Of a DNA stretch of 64,000 nt, positions 22,706 through 35,174 are shown in pieces. The stretch comes from Mytilus californianus (taxonomy: Eukaryota): contig NW_026262745.1 of assembly GCF_021869535.1 (NCBI RefSeq), forward strand, positions 12,524,001 through 12,588,000, in the 5' to 3' direction. The position numbers and the translations under genes were made by a program. Below the pieces are notes generated by a model. It worked only from the letters and a program-made list of their open reading frames with translations, made no database searches and had not been told where the DNA came from. Numbering within the stretch: position 1 is the first letter of the stretch; every line of letters begins with the position of its first letter.

Positions 22706-24071
22706 TTGATCTATCTATCTATGCGCCTAAAGTGCAGACAATACCTCATATATACAGGCATTCCATATTATTTAAATATGTTTCGTGTAATTTTTTTAGT
22801 TAATAAAACAGAAGAAGAGTGTCCTTGATTTCAGTATCTGAAATACAGTAATTTGAGCGTCGATCGGACTACTGTACTCGTTCAATTAATTTCTATAGAC
22901 AGATTGAGTGACAAATATAACTCTGTGACCGATTCTATGTATATAAATTTTTAATTACATTGAGATGCGATCAAGTCTCTGATATCAAAAATGTTTAAAC
23001 AATTAATCAAATTGAACAAGGCAGTAAAACTTTGAAGTTTTTTTTGTCTTTTGTTTTTTTTATTTGCTTAGTTAAAATACAGCTTTAAAACAATACAACT
23101 TGACATGACATTTCTTGTAGCTATATATATTGAAGGACCAAATAGTTTTAGCATTTTTATAAATATACACCTGTTCGAAAGAAATGAACCTTTGAAAGAG
23201 CTTAAAATTAAAACTTACTTTTCGAAATAGTAATTTGTCCAGCAAATATAAATAAAACAATACTCGTAATAGAACTAGCTTTATTTCCCATAACTCATCA
23301 AACGAGCTAAATATGATTACATCATAATTATAATTTGGTACTACATTTTTTGTACTTCCTTCAAAGTGTGGTTTTTACAAAGGACATCAAATTCAAAACA
23401 TGATTGCATATGAACTATATAATATGAAAGTATACAAAACACAAGGAAGGAATTCTTTTCAAATTTTATACTTTTTGTGCTCTTACGGAATTTTACTCAT
23501 CATATGTGTAAAAAATTTAATAATAAATCAAATGAAATCATCCATGAAATTTTATGTATCTTACAAACATATTAAAGTTAGGATCAATTACAAAATTAAG
23601 GGAAAAATATTCCACATGTTTGTTGAGAGTACATTGACCATACCCGAAATAAACGGAGCAGTATTTGGGACAGGAATTTACACAGTCACTACTAACCGCC
23701 CGTTACGACAACTCTTTTGAGCTTTTCAGACACGAGCAGCCAATATCTATATCAGATTTAACATTTGCTCTTTTCACTTGGTTTATTTACCCCCTCTTTT
23801 TTCATACACATCAAAGTAAAGATACCGTAGAAATTGTTCAAAGTTTGATTTTCAATAATTTCAATACAATTGCTCACAGACCCACACGTATTGAACAAAA
23901 TTCAGGGACTATGTATTGCTTTCTTCAGCAAATAAGTTTTACTTCAAAAGAAGGATTAGTATTTTTTAACAGGCCCAACTTTTACCAAAAAATATAATGT
24001 CGGTTTCATGTTCATGAATTGAAATTACATTTACATATTTCTTTTTAAATCAGTAAGTCAAATATCCATAG

Positions 24072-24172
24072 GTCTATTTTTAACGACTCTAAAGCAAGTA
24101 TCGCAAGAACATTCGCTAATTAAAACGGATGTCAATAAGCGCATTACGCGGTTTCTGGAATTGCCTTTAGAT
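24072..24172 (+). other. Candidate upstream exon of the unrecognised plus-strand gene
   Basis: ccatag|GLFLTTLKQVSQEHSLIKTDVNKRITRFLELPLD|gtatcc; phase 1/0, not directly joinable to 27680. Confidence 0.3.
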
Positions 24173-24559
24173 GTATCCAGTTGTTTGATAAAAAAAAACA
24201 CCACACAAACTAAGGTCATTTATATCTTGGACATAATATATGTTCCCAGATTATACCTAAGGGTGTTGAAAACAAATTGAATGGTTTATGGACTGAAAAT
24301 TACAGAAAAAGTATATCATGTAAATAGTATACCAATGCCGAAGCACTGGCTACTATGTGGATGGTGTCAACGGTGACTGATAAACAACCATCAGATGTGC
24401 CGATCCAGTAGTAGCAAAAAAGTATGAAATCGATTTTCTTTTACCTTATTCAACAGAAGTCTTGATATGATGCATTTTAAAAAGCACAATCAGTTTATCA
24501 TAAGTAATGTATTCGAGGTTTTTAAATCGAGTATTCACAGACTATTAAATTCAGAGGGG

Positions 24560-24965
24560 CTTTTGTGTTTGTGTTAGGGTTTTTATGTGCTTTGATCGAT
24601 ATGATGAGTTAAGCCCATTTCAGCTGATTTTTAAAGTTTGTTATTATGTCGTACTGTTACACCACTGTTCCAGGTTAAAAAAAGGAGGGTACCTGTCCCT
24701 AGTCAGGAGCCTGTAATTCAGTGATTGTCGTTTGTTGCTGTATATCATATTAGTTTTTCGTTCATTGTTTTGTATAAAAAAGTTTTCCCGTTTGAATTGT
24801 TTGAATTGTTTTAGAATTGTCATTTCGGTGCCTTTTATAGCTTACTATGCGGTATAGGTTTTGCTCATTGTTGAAAGCCGTTCGGTGACCTATAATTGTT
24901 AAATTCTATGTCATTTGGTCTCTAGTGGAGAGTTGTCTCGTTGGCCATCATACCACATCTTATTT
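24560..24965 (-). mobile_element. Dispersed repeat family A copy
   Basis: Reverse complement of 26228-26690. Confidence 0.75.
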
Positions 24966-25625
24966 TTACAACTTATATAAAAATGTTAGTTTTTATTTGT
25001 ACTTTACCGTGTAAAATCGAATATTCCGTAAAACATTGTTTTATTTTAAATGAATGTTTGTGTGTTATTATAGCGATAGTGTTTGTTCGACTTTGTTGTG
25101 TGAAATGCGAAAGTTCTAATGTCATGCACGCTGTTAGTTGCGGAATCGTAACTCTAATGGTCCTTATTATGATTTATGCTTTGTGCGGGCCATTGTCCGC
25201 AAGTTGTTAAAAACTGAGCTAACACAATTTATGTTGCAAGGCGTGGACCATTACATCAACAAATCATGTAACGTCACAATATTGGTATAAAGTTACAAAC
25301 GTGTCTATGGGAAACGTTATTGACTGCAGTGAAGTTGTTCTTTCCAGTAGCTCTGTGTGTTTCTGCTGTCAAAATGACTTCGTATGAACTGTTCAACCCC
25401 GATTCCATTGAATTTAAAAAGAGACAGTAAGTAAACGCATCTAATTCCAAATTTACCCCTGTTGATATCAGTCTCTTAAAAGCAAAGTTGAAACAAACTG
25501 GCCAAATAAAAATGAGTATCAAAATATCGTGAAAACAAAATTTATAAACAAAACACATTTTTCTGAGAGAAACTTTGGTTTTCTTTCATAACCTTTCATA
25601 GTTCTGTATATCTTGCGTATTATTC

Positions 25626-25899
25626 AGGAGACAACCATTTAATATTCTGAGGCGGTGGGTCAGGAGGATTTTCTGCGAATTGACTATTCGACTTTCATCT
25701 GTTGCTTATCTTACCGCGGTTTTTTATTTATTTCATATATTTTCACTTTTGTGTACAATTGTTTCCTACATCTTTTATTGCAGCATATTCATAATCATAT
25801 ACATCCAGTGTTGGGCAAGATTATTTATTTTCAGCTTTTACCAGGCAAGGATATTCATTTTCAAAATCATCCTTCCCAGAAAATCAAATGGTTTTCCCC
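25626..25899. mobile_element. Degenerate Harbinger/Tourist-like MITE related to 37525-37825
   Basis: Imperfect TIRs ggagacaaccatttaatattctg versus reverse complement of the right end ggggaaaaccatttgattttctg. Confidence 0.55.
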
Positions 25900-26227
25900 G
25901 TACAAATCTTTGGTCTCTGATGTATATAAACTGAAATACAGAAACACGTGTGGTTTTGTACAACTGAGGTTTACTCTTGAAATGGTTTGCGACTGTGCAG
26001 CTTGGTCTCAATTTTGCGCATGGTTATCGTTCGGGGTTACCCTATGGTGTAAATATTCCTTGTTAACTAAATATCACATGTTTATATGTTGATAGAAATC
26101 ATTGCATAGCTCAATTCCGTAGTATTTTGTATTTCATTTTCTCTAATTCTGCATGAAATCATTGGTGAAACAGATTGTACCCCTTTACCTCGTTGGTTAC
26201 AATATTTATCTCTCCATAGTTTAAATA

Positions 26228-26690
26228 GAAATAAGAAGATGTGGTATGAATGCCAATAAGACAACTCTCCATCCAAGTCACAATGTGTAAAAAGTAAACA
26301 ATTATAGGTCAAAGTACGGCCTTCAACACGGTGCCATGGCTCACACCGAACAGCAAGCTATAAAGGGCCCCAAAATGAATAGTGTATTTAACAATTCAAA
26401 CAGGAAAACCAACGGTCTAATCAATATAAAAAAACGAGAAATACTAAAGAACCACATCAACAAACGACAACCACTGAAACAGGTTCCTGACTTACGACAG
26501 GTGCAAACAAATGCAGCGGATTTAAACGTTTTTTAACAGGCGCCAACCGTCACCCTAACCTGAAATAGTAGTGTAACATTACAACATAGAAAGACAGACT
26601 ATAAAATATCAATTGAAATGACTTAACTCAATCAAAAGACATATTAACAAAAACAAGTAAACATACACTGAACGAATAAATGTGATCTAT
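26228..26690 (+). mobile_element. Dispersed repeat family A, near-full copy
   Basis: aaataagaagatgtggtatgaatgccaataagacaactctcc...ggccttcaacac...caggttcctgactt; at least nine relatives in the window. Confidence 0.8.
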
Positions 26691-26699
26691 GACACAATG

Positions 26700-27490
26700 T
26701 CAAAAAGACAACTAGCAGTGAAAATTTATCGTCATACTAAAAACTTATCAAAGGTGGTACATATTAAAAATAGTGAGACGAGATATAACACAAAATAAGT
26801 AATCATTGAATAACAAAAATGCATTACAAATTGTGTAACAGGTCAAATTAACACGAAAGTACGATTTGAGAGTACTCGCAGTTACTGAAAGCTAGTTAAA
26901 AGCCAAAAACAATAATTAAAAATCATGCATCAGAGACTAAAATCAACTAAAAAACTTCCCAGGGATTTAGTGTTTTAACGCCATGGACAGTCAAAGAAGA
27001 CATGACTTGTGCAATGCAGTAGGATAGTTTGGATTTAACCTTATAATAAATATGTATAATGTTACATATAGATAAAGCAATCTCTATATAGAAAATGAAC
27101 GTGGAGGTGTATTTATACATCCAAAAACCCATTCAAAAAGAATACAAATTTAGTTATGTTTTAATTTGTTGATGACAAAATCGATATTTGTGCCAATGTA
27201 AACAATATTCAAAGATCTTATTACAGCATGGGTTTAAAGGTTCGATGAGTTTACACGAATCACATAGTGATTCCCGCGCTTTTAGTACAATATTACCGTA
27301 AAATTTAGGATGTGAAATACCGTTTTTTCTACAGGTACGGCCAAATTTACTAACCAAATCTTTGTATCTATGAAAGAATTTAGTAAAAGTTTTAAGTAAT
27401 TTATGGTAACGAAATCCCTGACTTAATAATTTACCAGTGATGCATAAAATCTATGACATCAAAACACACACGGGGATTACGAACGAGTTG
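26700..27490 (-). mobile_element. Penelope-like element remnant (3' part)
   Basis: ORF 27154-27357 GISHPKFYGNIVLKA resembles 16379-16753. Confidence 0.7.
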
Positions 27491-27679
27491 GGATATTTAA
27501 ACACCGTATGATGGAGCCAATGTTCATTTTTCAAAATACTTTGCGCATTTTAAAGATTTAACTGTCTCAAGCGGATAAATATTGTTATCAAAATGTAGTG
27601 TGGTAGAATATATATTTACTAGTATCAGACTTTGAAATTTGTTACTTCGTATCATGTATTAATTATTCTTTCTATACAG

Positions 27680-27810
27680 TTTAACAGATCTGACTTTCTG
27701 GAAACATTATGCTGAGGAGAAAGCAGCATACCATGATTTATTATCAAAGAAAATATTAAAGGCGACCAATGAATACAGGAAGAAGTTAGTGAAGATAGAC
27801 GGCTACAAAG
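27680..27810 (+). CDS. Uncharacterised gene exon
   Basis: ctatacag|LTDLTFWKHYAEEKAAYHDLLSKKILKATNEYRKKLVKIDGYK-G|gtttga. Confidence 0.8.
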
Positions 27811-29934
27811 GTTTGAACATATTAGAAAATATCATAATTGTTTTCATCAGCTTTTGACAAGTTGGCTCATATTTACTCATTATGAATTTGAACACGTATT
27901 ATGTATCTGATTCAATAAACAAGTGTTCTGCACGAGATGGTTTTCAATGATTCTCATTATATAGATAATCGGTTATATGCACTGCGCAATAGCAATATCA
28001 GACAAGTTTTTGTTACATCAATTTTCTTTACAAAAATTTAAATGGTTTTCAGAGACTTGAATTATAATAAAAGTAAAAAAAAAACCTGCTGTACTATAAT
28101 GGTACGTTATTTCTATTATCAAAGCGTAAAGAAATAATTCACTGGTATATAAGAAACCTGAAAAAAGTATTTCCCTCACCGTAGTTTTTGCCCCTTTGTT
28201 GCAAATTCTTCATTTAAAAAATATCATTCACGAACAAATTCTATTGATTTTTAGATTTTCCATTATTGAAATCATTTGAGGCAGCTATGACACGTGATGA
28301 AATACAAGCAGAAGAACTGCGATCTGTTGCTTCAAGTTTCTCTTGCCTTAGTAGAGATTTACAAAGGTAAAATATCATTCGTTTGTCTTCTTTTCACGTA
28401 CTTTTGTTTCTCCGATCTTTCTCAACTTTTATCTGAAGCATTTCAAAGAGCTGTTTTACGTGCATTGCGTATTGTAAAAAAACAGTTTTTTCTACCAAAA
28501 TAACTAGCAAAAGATGATTGTTTGTTTATATAATGTTTAGTATACATTGTAGCATGCTTTCGTTTTCAGTGAAATAGACAGTATATCTACATCAGAATAT
28601 GAAAAAGAAGCAGCTGCTTTTAGAAAGCTAGTAAAGATACATTCCAAGGCTTTAAGAGAAACAGAATCTGACAGAGATGTAAGTTCATCAATATATTTCT
28701 TTAATATTGTAAGCTCATAAACATGTCAATCAGGCAGTGAGTGCTATTTTTGTACATAACAACAAAATGCATCTGTCGCTTATTTAAAATTTCTATTTTT
28801 AGTGAATGACCAGAGAGTATCAAGCAAACTTTGGCGTAATAATTGAAGTGATTAACTTAAACAGCATTGTTGTAACCCTCAGAACTCTACTGACATAGCA
28901 GTTGTCGCATGCTATTTTGAGTACCCTAAATGGCCATAAGTATGTAATTTAAATTTGATTTCAGAAAATTAACCATGTTGCATTTAAACTAGAAAGAATG
29001 GTTACAAATCCTTGCAAAAATGAAAAGTACAATTCCATAAAACAGCTACTAGACAGCACAATTGCTCGTTACAATACCAACAAAGAAGGCGAACTGCTTC
29101 TTCGGGCAAAAATCATTTCGGTAAGTATGTAGTTTATCTAGTCACCTACATACCACACCCCTCCCCCTTTTCAATCTACATCCCACAAGACACACACATA
29201 CAAACTATAATAACTATAAGCGTAGTTTATAAATAGTATTTGGAAAGATATATAAAAAGCCTTATTTTGCTTTTTTCTGAACCCGAAAAAGTATTCAGAT
29301 TTCAAAATGAGTGACGAAATTTCATTAAAAAAAATGGATAATTGCAAATATATATGAATCAATTTCATACATATCGGTAAACGGATGCACAAACGAAAAT
29401 AATTTTCACACCATCTTCACAACGAACTAAACAACAAGTCAACAACAACAAAAATAAATTAAAAGCAACGGATGTCAAAGCAGGTGAAAAGAAAAAAATA
29501 TCATCAATGATGCGAACACTTAAATCGAATGGTCTTAATATTTTTTGATTAATTAAGGGTTGGTGCAGTTGATGTTATAACAACTCATTTTATAAAACTA
29601 ATTTTCTTTAAAAATAACTTAATTCAGAAATCTGAGGAGCTGAAGAAATTATGGAAGGAAGAAGAGAAAGAAAGGCTTGATGTTCTACTGAAGGGATGGA
29701 AACATTGTTTAACTGCTGAAAATCAGGTAAAACATAAACATCAAGGTCATGGAGACAGAGCATTGAAGATTGCTGACAATATTTATAATGAAGATGTTTG
29801 TACTGAATTGGCTGATATGAGAGTGTCGCCTTTTAAATACAGAGATTTCGAGGTAATTATAATTAATGTTACCCCTTTAAATGACTTTAATTACATTCTG
29901 AAACAAAACACTTTTATGTTTGTCAATAACATAA

Positions 29935-29994
<60 letters not shown>

Positions 29995-32829
29995 AGTAAA
30001 GTTCCTTTTTATTTATGCAGTGTTCATTCTTCAAGTACCGAAATGTTTTGTCTTTTTTTCGGACGAGTAAGATTTGTATCAGATTCTTACACGTAAATGA
30101 AACCATGTTAATTTTAGGATAGTTCTAAACTAGTAAACAAAGCAGCAAAACATTTGGATATGGGTGAAATGTTGAATACCACAGAAGAAACTGCAAAATT
30201 ACATGACGGTAAATCGCGGTGCAAGTCAACAGTTGGTACAAATGACAAAAGGAACAACACAGAGGACAAACACTGTAAATCATTGACATTACTCCAAACA
30301 CCACGTACCAATACATCACGTGAAAATAATCGAGCAGCTACACTTCCGGCACGTGAAAGACGTAAAACGAATCGTCGAAGGGATAGACAGCTAGCACATT
30401 CATGTGATAAAGATGACAGTCAATATGAGATAAATCGATGTCGCCAACCAAAAAAGAGCCACGCACATGCAACCTACCATCCAGATGAACTACGGCATAC
30501 AGAGATCCAGGATTTATCTAAAGATGACAACAATACGGGCAATGATGAGAACCTCTCTGATTTGGGAGATAAACGATTAAAAAATGGTTAGTGCACAATT
30601 TCCCATACTTTTTCTGATTTCAATTTAAGATCTTTGACCAAAATTCACAAGGCTAAATTGTTTATTTCATTACTGTGTATGCATATGATGTATATCTATC
30701 TATATATATATACGACCCTATAGTTGTGAATAAGGAGTGCATGTGCTACATATCTTTTAAATTTCTCTGTTAAAAATTAAAGTATAAGAATTGTAGTTTC
30801 AAAATTTGTAATAAAAAAAATATTATTGGTATATTGCTTATAATCTTTTATTTTTTTTACCACTAAAATCTAGGTAAGGCTAAAAAGGGGATAGAATCTG
30901 GAGATGGCATAAAAACCACAAAATACAGCAAGAAGAAAGTATATGCGCGAGTAATACCACAAATGAGACAGACAGAAGATACAGGACATGTTGTTCCCCA
31001 TCATGATGATTCCAATGAAGGTTTGTTTCTTCGTCTTTTTTCTTTTTTTTTTATTATCTTGGAATACATTAGACAATAGTTCGATAAAATTTACAATTAC
31101 ATTGGACTAATAAAAGTCTTAGAGTGGATTTTTAACGTAGAAATCAGAGGACTTTGGAAAAACCTTTAGAATGTCATATATCTCATATGTACATTGTAGC
31201 TAAGTACATTAACAATGTCAAAATACCATGCTCATTAAGTTAGTACTGTTGTATGAAATCGTATTGCTCAGTTTCAAAATTAATTGTAAATCAAGAACCA
31301 CACCTAGCTTTACAATTATTGATTGTCATTTTATTATATGAATTTTATAATTAACTTAATTTTTTATTGTCATGTGGCCATCTTCAGTTCGTTGCCTTTT
31401 TCTTTCACGAAAACTTCTGATCATTTCTACATTTGTAGCATGATTCAAATCAAAGTTAAGAGCACAAAGTGCTGGAAAGACTGTTTACTCTTGCAATTTC
31501 AGTTTCCATTGAATCCTCTGATGATGATTCAACCTTCACAGATAGTGGGAGTGTGGCATCAACAGACCATTTTTCATTTGTAGAACGCGAAGGCGTTACT
31601 GCTGAAGCAACAGCTACAAACATAAAGGGACATTTAGTACCACCCCCTGACAGCGCAACCTTTTCTTATTTGTCCGCATTTGAGATACTCGATTTAAGAG
31701 AAGTTTCTACTCGACGGCTTAATGTTTATCTCCACTTAATCGCTACTGAAATGTATAAGAACAACGACCATGGCACGTTTTCTTTAAAGAAAGGTATTTG
31801 AAAACAAATATATAATATATATAGTGCATATAATAATTGATTCATTTTAAAGACGGAAAGGCTGTATTCTGTAGGTCTAATCGTTATGTTTCGCACTTAT
31901 AAACAGTAATTTAGCAAATGTTTTCAATGAAAGCTTAGAATCATATATTACCCTGACATAATATTAGTTAAACCGCAAATACTTCTGAAATAAGGATAGC
32001 TCCGAGCAAAAGGGAAGTGGGTGAGATTGATAAATGTAAATTATAAAATTGAAGGTGTAAAGAATGCTAAAGTTAGTGCTTACATGCAAACATGTGTTGG
32101 GTTCGTATTGCTTAGCCTTTTGAGTTTTACGATTTCTTTGCAGCGATTTGTAGACATGTCTTTTCGTCGATTTTCGTGGGTTTTTGTTGCCATGATTTTA
32201 TCGGCATCGGTATCTCTTCGACTTGCGAATTTTGATTGTCCCTAGGACTTAATATTAATTCCCATATCGTCTTTTTGGTATCTTCAGCCTCTATTTCTAT
32301 AATTTCTATCTTGTCTGATTACATGAAATTCTGTCACAGCTAAATATAAAATGAGGGGATGTGGTATTAATGTGCCAATGAGACATCCATCCACAAGAGA
32401 CGAACGTACTTATATGTTAGCAACTATAATAATATGTAACCGTACGGCCTTCGGCAATGAACGAAACATTAACATAAAAAATATGTATTCATTTACTTTT
32501 GGTGAACTAAATAGTATCTTTTGGTAAATAATCATTAAAATAACACATAAAGTATGCATCACAACTATGAACTTTTTTCCACGAGACTTCACGATACCGA
32601 ATGTAGGGGTTACGTTTGACAGCCATATGTTGATGTTTTTTCTGCTCTTTTTTATATAGGAGAATCTGTAATTATAATGCAAACTCCAACCACAGACGGC
32701 CTGGCGTTCGGATATAAGAAAATTCGGCTTAAAACTAAGAAGAAATACGGCCTTTTCCCAGTATATTTAACAAAAATTGACTATTCTGTAGATCAGAATC
32801 TTGAAAATGTATTAAGAATTAAACAATAA
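27680..32829 (+). CDS. Uncharacterised spliced protein-coding gene, 5' end missing; helical N-terminal part, low-complexity middle, short conserved-looking C-terminal part
   Basis: Eight GT/AG exons, all phase-compatible with no stops: 27680-27810, 28255-28366, 28570-28678, 28965-29120, 29628-29852, 30118-30586, 31503-31793, 32792-32829 (TAA overlapping AATAAA). No domain recognised. Confidence 0.8.
28255..28366 (+). CDS. Uncharacterised gene exon
   Basis: ttttag|DFPLLKSFEAAMTRDEIQAEELRSVASSFSCLSRDLQ-AG|gtaaaa. Confidence 0.8.
28570..28678 (+). CDS. Uncharacterised gene exon
   Basis: ttttcag|EIDSISTSEYEKEAAAFRKLVKIHSKALRETESDRD|gtaagt. Confidence 0.85.
28965..29120 (+). CDS. Uncharacterised gene exon
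   Basis: atttcag|KINHVAFKLERMVTNPCKNEKYNSIKQLLDSTIARYNTNKEGELLLRAKIIS|gtaagt. Confidence 0.85.
29628..29852 (+). CDS. Uncharacterised gene exon
   Basis: aattcag|KSEELKKLWKEEEKERLDVLLKGWKHC...RVSPFKYRDFE|gtaatt, 225 nt. Confidence 0.85.
29939..29992. repeat. (AT)n microsatellite, about 27 units
   Basis: Uninterrupted AT run. Confidence 0.98.
30118..30586 (+). CDS. Uncharacterised gene, large low-complexity exon
   Basis: attttag|DSSKLVNKAAKHLDMGEM...DKRLKN-G|gttagt; covers ORF 30154-30591. Confidence 0.8.
31503..31793 (+). CDS. Uncharacterised gene exon
   Basis: gcaatttcag|SIESSDDDSTF...YLSAFEILDLREVSTRRLNVYLHLIATEMYKNNDHGTFSLKK-G|gtattt. Confidence 0.8.
32085..32290 (+). mobile_element. 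Dispersed repeat family B copy
   Basis: ttgttgggttcgtattgcttagcctttt...gttgccatgattttatcgg...cgacttgcgaattttgattgtcc. Confidence 0.6.
32345..32470 (+). mobile_element. Dispersed repeat family A 5' fragment
   Basis: ggggatgtggtattaatgtgccaatgagacatccatcc...ccgtacggccttcggcaatg. Confidence 0.6.
32792..32829 (+). CDS. Uncharacterised gene, candidate terminal exon
   Basis: ctattctgtag|DQNLENVLRIKQ*, phase 1 matches the previous exon. Confidence 0.5.
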
Positions 32830-33130
32830 AATCAAGTTTTATCTTTATTTTCTGCATAATATTGCTGTATTTTTTTATATCAACAAAAGATACGATTTAA
32901 GTTGCAGAAAATAATTATGACCATATGTTATCTCTCTCTCAGAAGTTTAAGTTGTGCATGGAAAAAGAAAAAAAGTTTTATATCGTCTTTCTTGATGCAA
33001 CATTCTTCAGATATTTTTAGAGTTGGGTTAAAACTCCCTCAAGCAAAGTTGGGCTACGTTAGTTTTGGCTTTTTTGTCCTTCTTGGTCATAAAGCTACTA
33101 ACGTTTAAACGTAAACACGTATAGGTTTGA

Positions 33131-33172
33131 GCGTTCCGGATGAAGGTTGATCCAGAAAAGTACTTCGGACGC
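33131..33172 (+). ncRNA. Minimal type I hammerhead ribozyme motif (AAGTACTT variant), core U4 changed to G
   Basis: gcgttc-CGGATGA-aggttgatcca-GAA-AAGTACTT-C-ggacgc; stem I gcgttc/ggacgc fully paired. Confidence 0.7.
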
Positions 33173-33197
33173 ACTAAATTTATAAAGTGACAATTTT

Positions 33198-33400
33198 TCG
33201 AAAGGTTTCAATTTTACGGTAAATAAACACATTAAGGAGTTTCGGAAGGTTTCAGTTTTACGGTAAATAAGCCCATAACGGAGTATCAGATGGTTTCTGT
33301 ATTACAGTAAATAAACACACAAAGGAGGATCGAAAATTTTCAAGATTACGATAAAAACACATAGCTGAGTATCGAAAGGTTTCATTGTTGACAGATGACG
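33198..33400. repeat. Degenerate ~44-bp tandem repeat, about 4.5 copies
   Basis: ttcgaaaggtttcaattttacggtaaataaacacattaaggagt and variants. Confidence 0.75.
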
Positions 33401-33477
33401 GTAATTTGAGGTTCCGTTCAAAAGCTCCCAAGCCGAATCATTTTATACTGAATCACCTACTATTTCATCATCATATT

Positions 33478-33735
33478 AATAGAAAAACAAAGGATATGGG
33501 GTATCCATCCATGACACAAAATCAGTACATGCACAGCAAAAAAACACAAAGAGCAAAGGAACAGCGCTTTTATTGTTGTTCTTCCTTTCAAAGTCACAGT
33601 GAAGCCTTAAAGACGGATAAAAAACCTCCCACCTCACTGCAAGTTTGAGACGGCTCCTAGCCCCGGTTTGAGTGGATTTCGTTGCAAAATTATTGGGATA
33701 GACTTTGTAAGATGTATCACCACCAAATTGGTCCG
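33478..33735 (+). repeat. Dispersed repeat family G (other copies 15385-15450 plus, 45000-45262 minus)
   Basis: All three copies share the end aatagaaaaacaaaggatatggggtat...cagta(c/t)atgcacagcaaaaa. Confidence 0.8.
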
Positions 33736-35174
33736 TTTTAGTGTTCTGAAGTACTATAAAGTTATCAGTATTCACAAAACTACTTTTATTGAGTTCAAGG
33801 TCAGCTGAACTTTGCAAAGCGCCGTCATGTTTTCTTACATAATAATATTCTTACATAAAACATATAAAGTTGACTTATCATTTATACTAACTGAGATACT
33901 GACCTCGTCATTGAAACTTGACATGTGAACCATAAATCGAGATCAAGGTAACGGTTAACTTTGTCGGGCAGAAAGAAACACACTTTTCTGCTTCTACGGA
34001 CAAAAGATACTCGACCTTTACTTGTAGAAAATGAGACACTTACATTATCACAAAAGCAATGTTTACCAATTAACAATAAAAACAGGGTCATAATCAGGCT
34101 TAAACTTCTAGACGGACGAGTAAACCTTACACTGATTCTAGGAAAAAACTAGTGCCTATAACACTAATTGAAAAATTCACAGAATAAAAATTAGAGGCTC
34201 CAAGCCGAATGACAATTTCAGCTATGTTAATTTATTTGTAGATCTTATTTTGCTTATCATTTTTTATATTACAGTTTTTACTCTATCTACTATAGTTTCA
34301 GCCAAAAATCGCAAAAATGGTATAGTGGTCTTTTCAATGGCAATCAATCATATTATAAGTCGATTGACTGACTTGACTTATTTGTATACATATATCTTAT
34401 TTTGCCGATCATTTTTGCAATTTATAGTTTCTCTCTATCTACTATAGTTTCCACAAAAACAGGTAAAAATAGTCATGAAAGGGCAATAACTTCTGTTAGG
34501 AATCGACTACCGATTTCAGCTATGTTAATCATATCTGTAGATCTAATTTTGCTCATCATTTGCTGCTTCCATCTATCTACCATCGTTTCCGTACCACAAA
34601 GTGTAACAAGAGTACACACGATGAAATGTCTCTCCTGCTTTACTTATAACTGAATTTATGTTGAAAGTCTGTAATATGAAGGTTTTGCTACAAGCATTAT
34701 ATACACTTATTCATTATCAATGATCCATGAAAATGTTGTCAATGTTAAATGAACCACAGACAGACATGTACAATCATTACATAAACCAAATATAGTTGTC
34801 CGATTGCTCATAGTTCCCGGAAAACAGACCAAACAACATAAACTTAACATTGACCAATGAACCTTGAAATAGGTCAAGGTCATATGAACCCTGCCAGACT
34901 GACATGTACACCTTACAATCATTCCATACAACAAATATAGTTGACATATTGCTTGTAGAATCTGATAAACTAACACAAGAGTACACTTGCTGAAATGTCT
35001 CGCCTTCTTTACTTATCATGATTGAATTTTTGTTGAAAGTGATGAAGGGTTTACTATAATTTTTCAAAAAATTTAACATTATCAATGATCATTGTAAATG
35101 GGGTCAAGGTCAATTAAACCCTTGCTAGACACCTTACATATAGAAAACCAATTGCTAACTGTATTCGAGAAACA

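Noticed and set aside
30114-30319. Minus-strand hydrophobic ORFs
   Set aside because: Antisense to exon 30118-30586 of the plus-strand gene
33385-33817. ORFs MGYPSMTQNQYMHSKK (also 45018-45242) as a small gene family
   Set aside because: They lie within dispersed repeat G; the copies differ in length and frame and have no splice context
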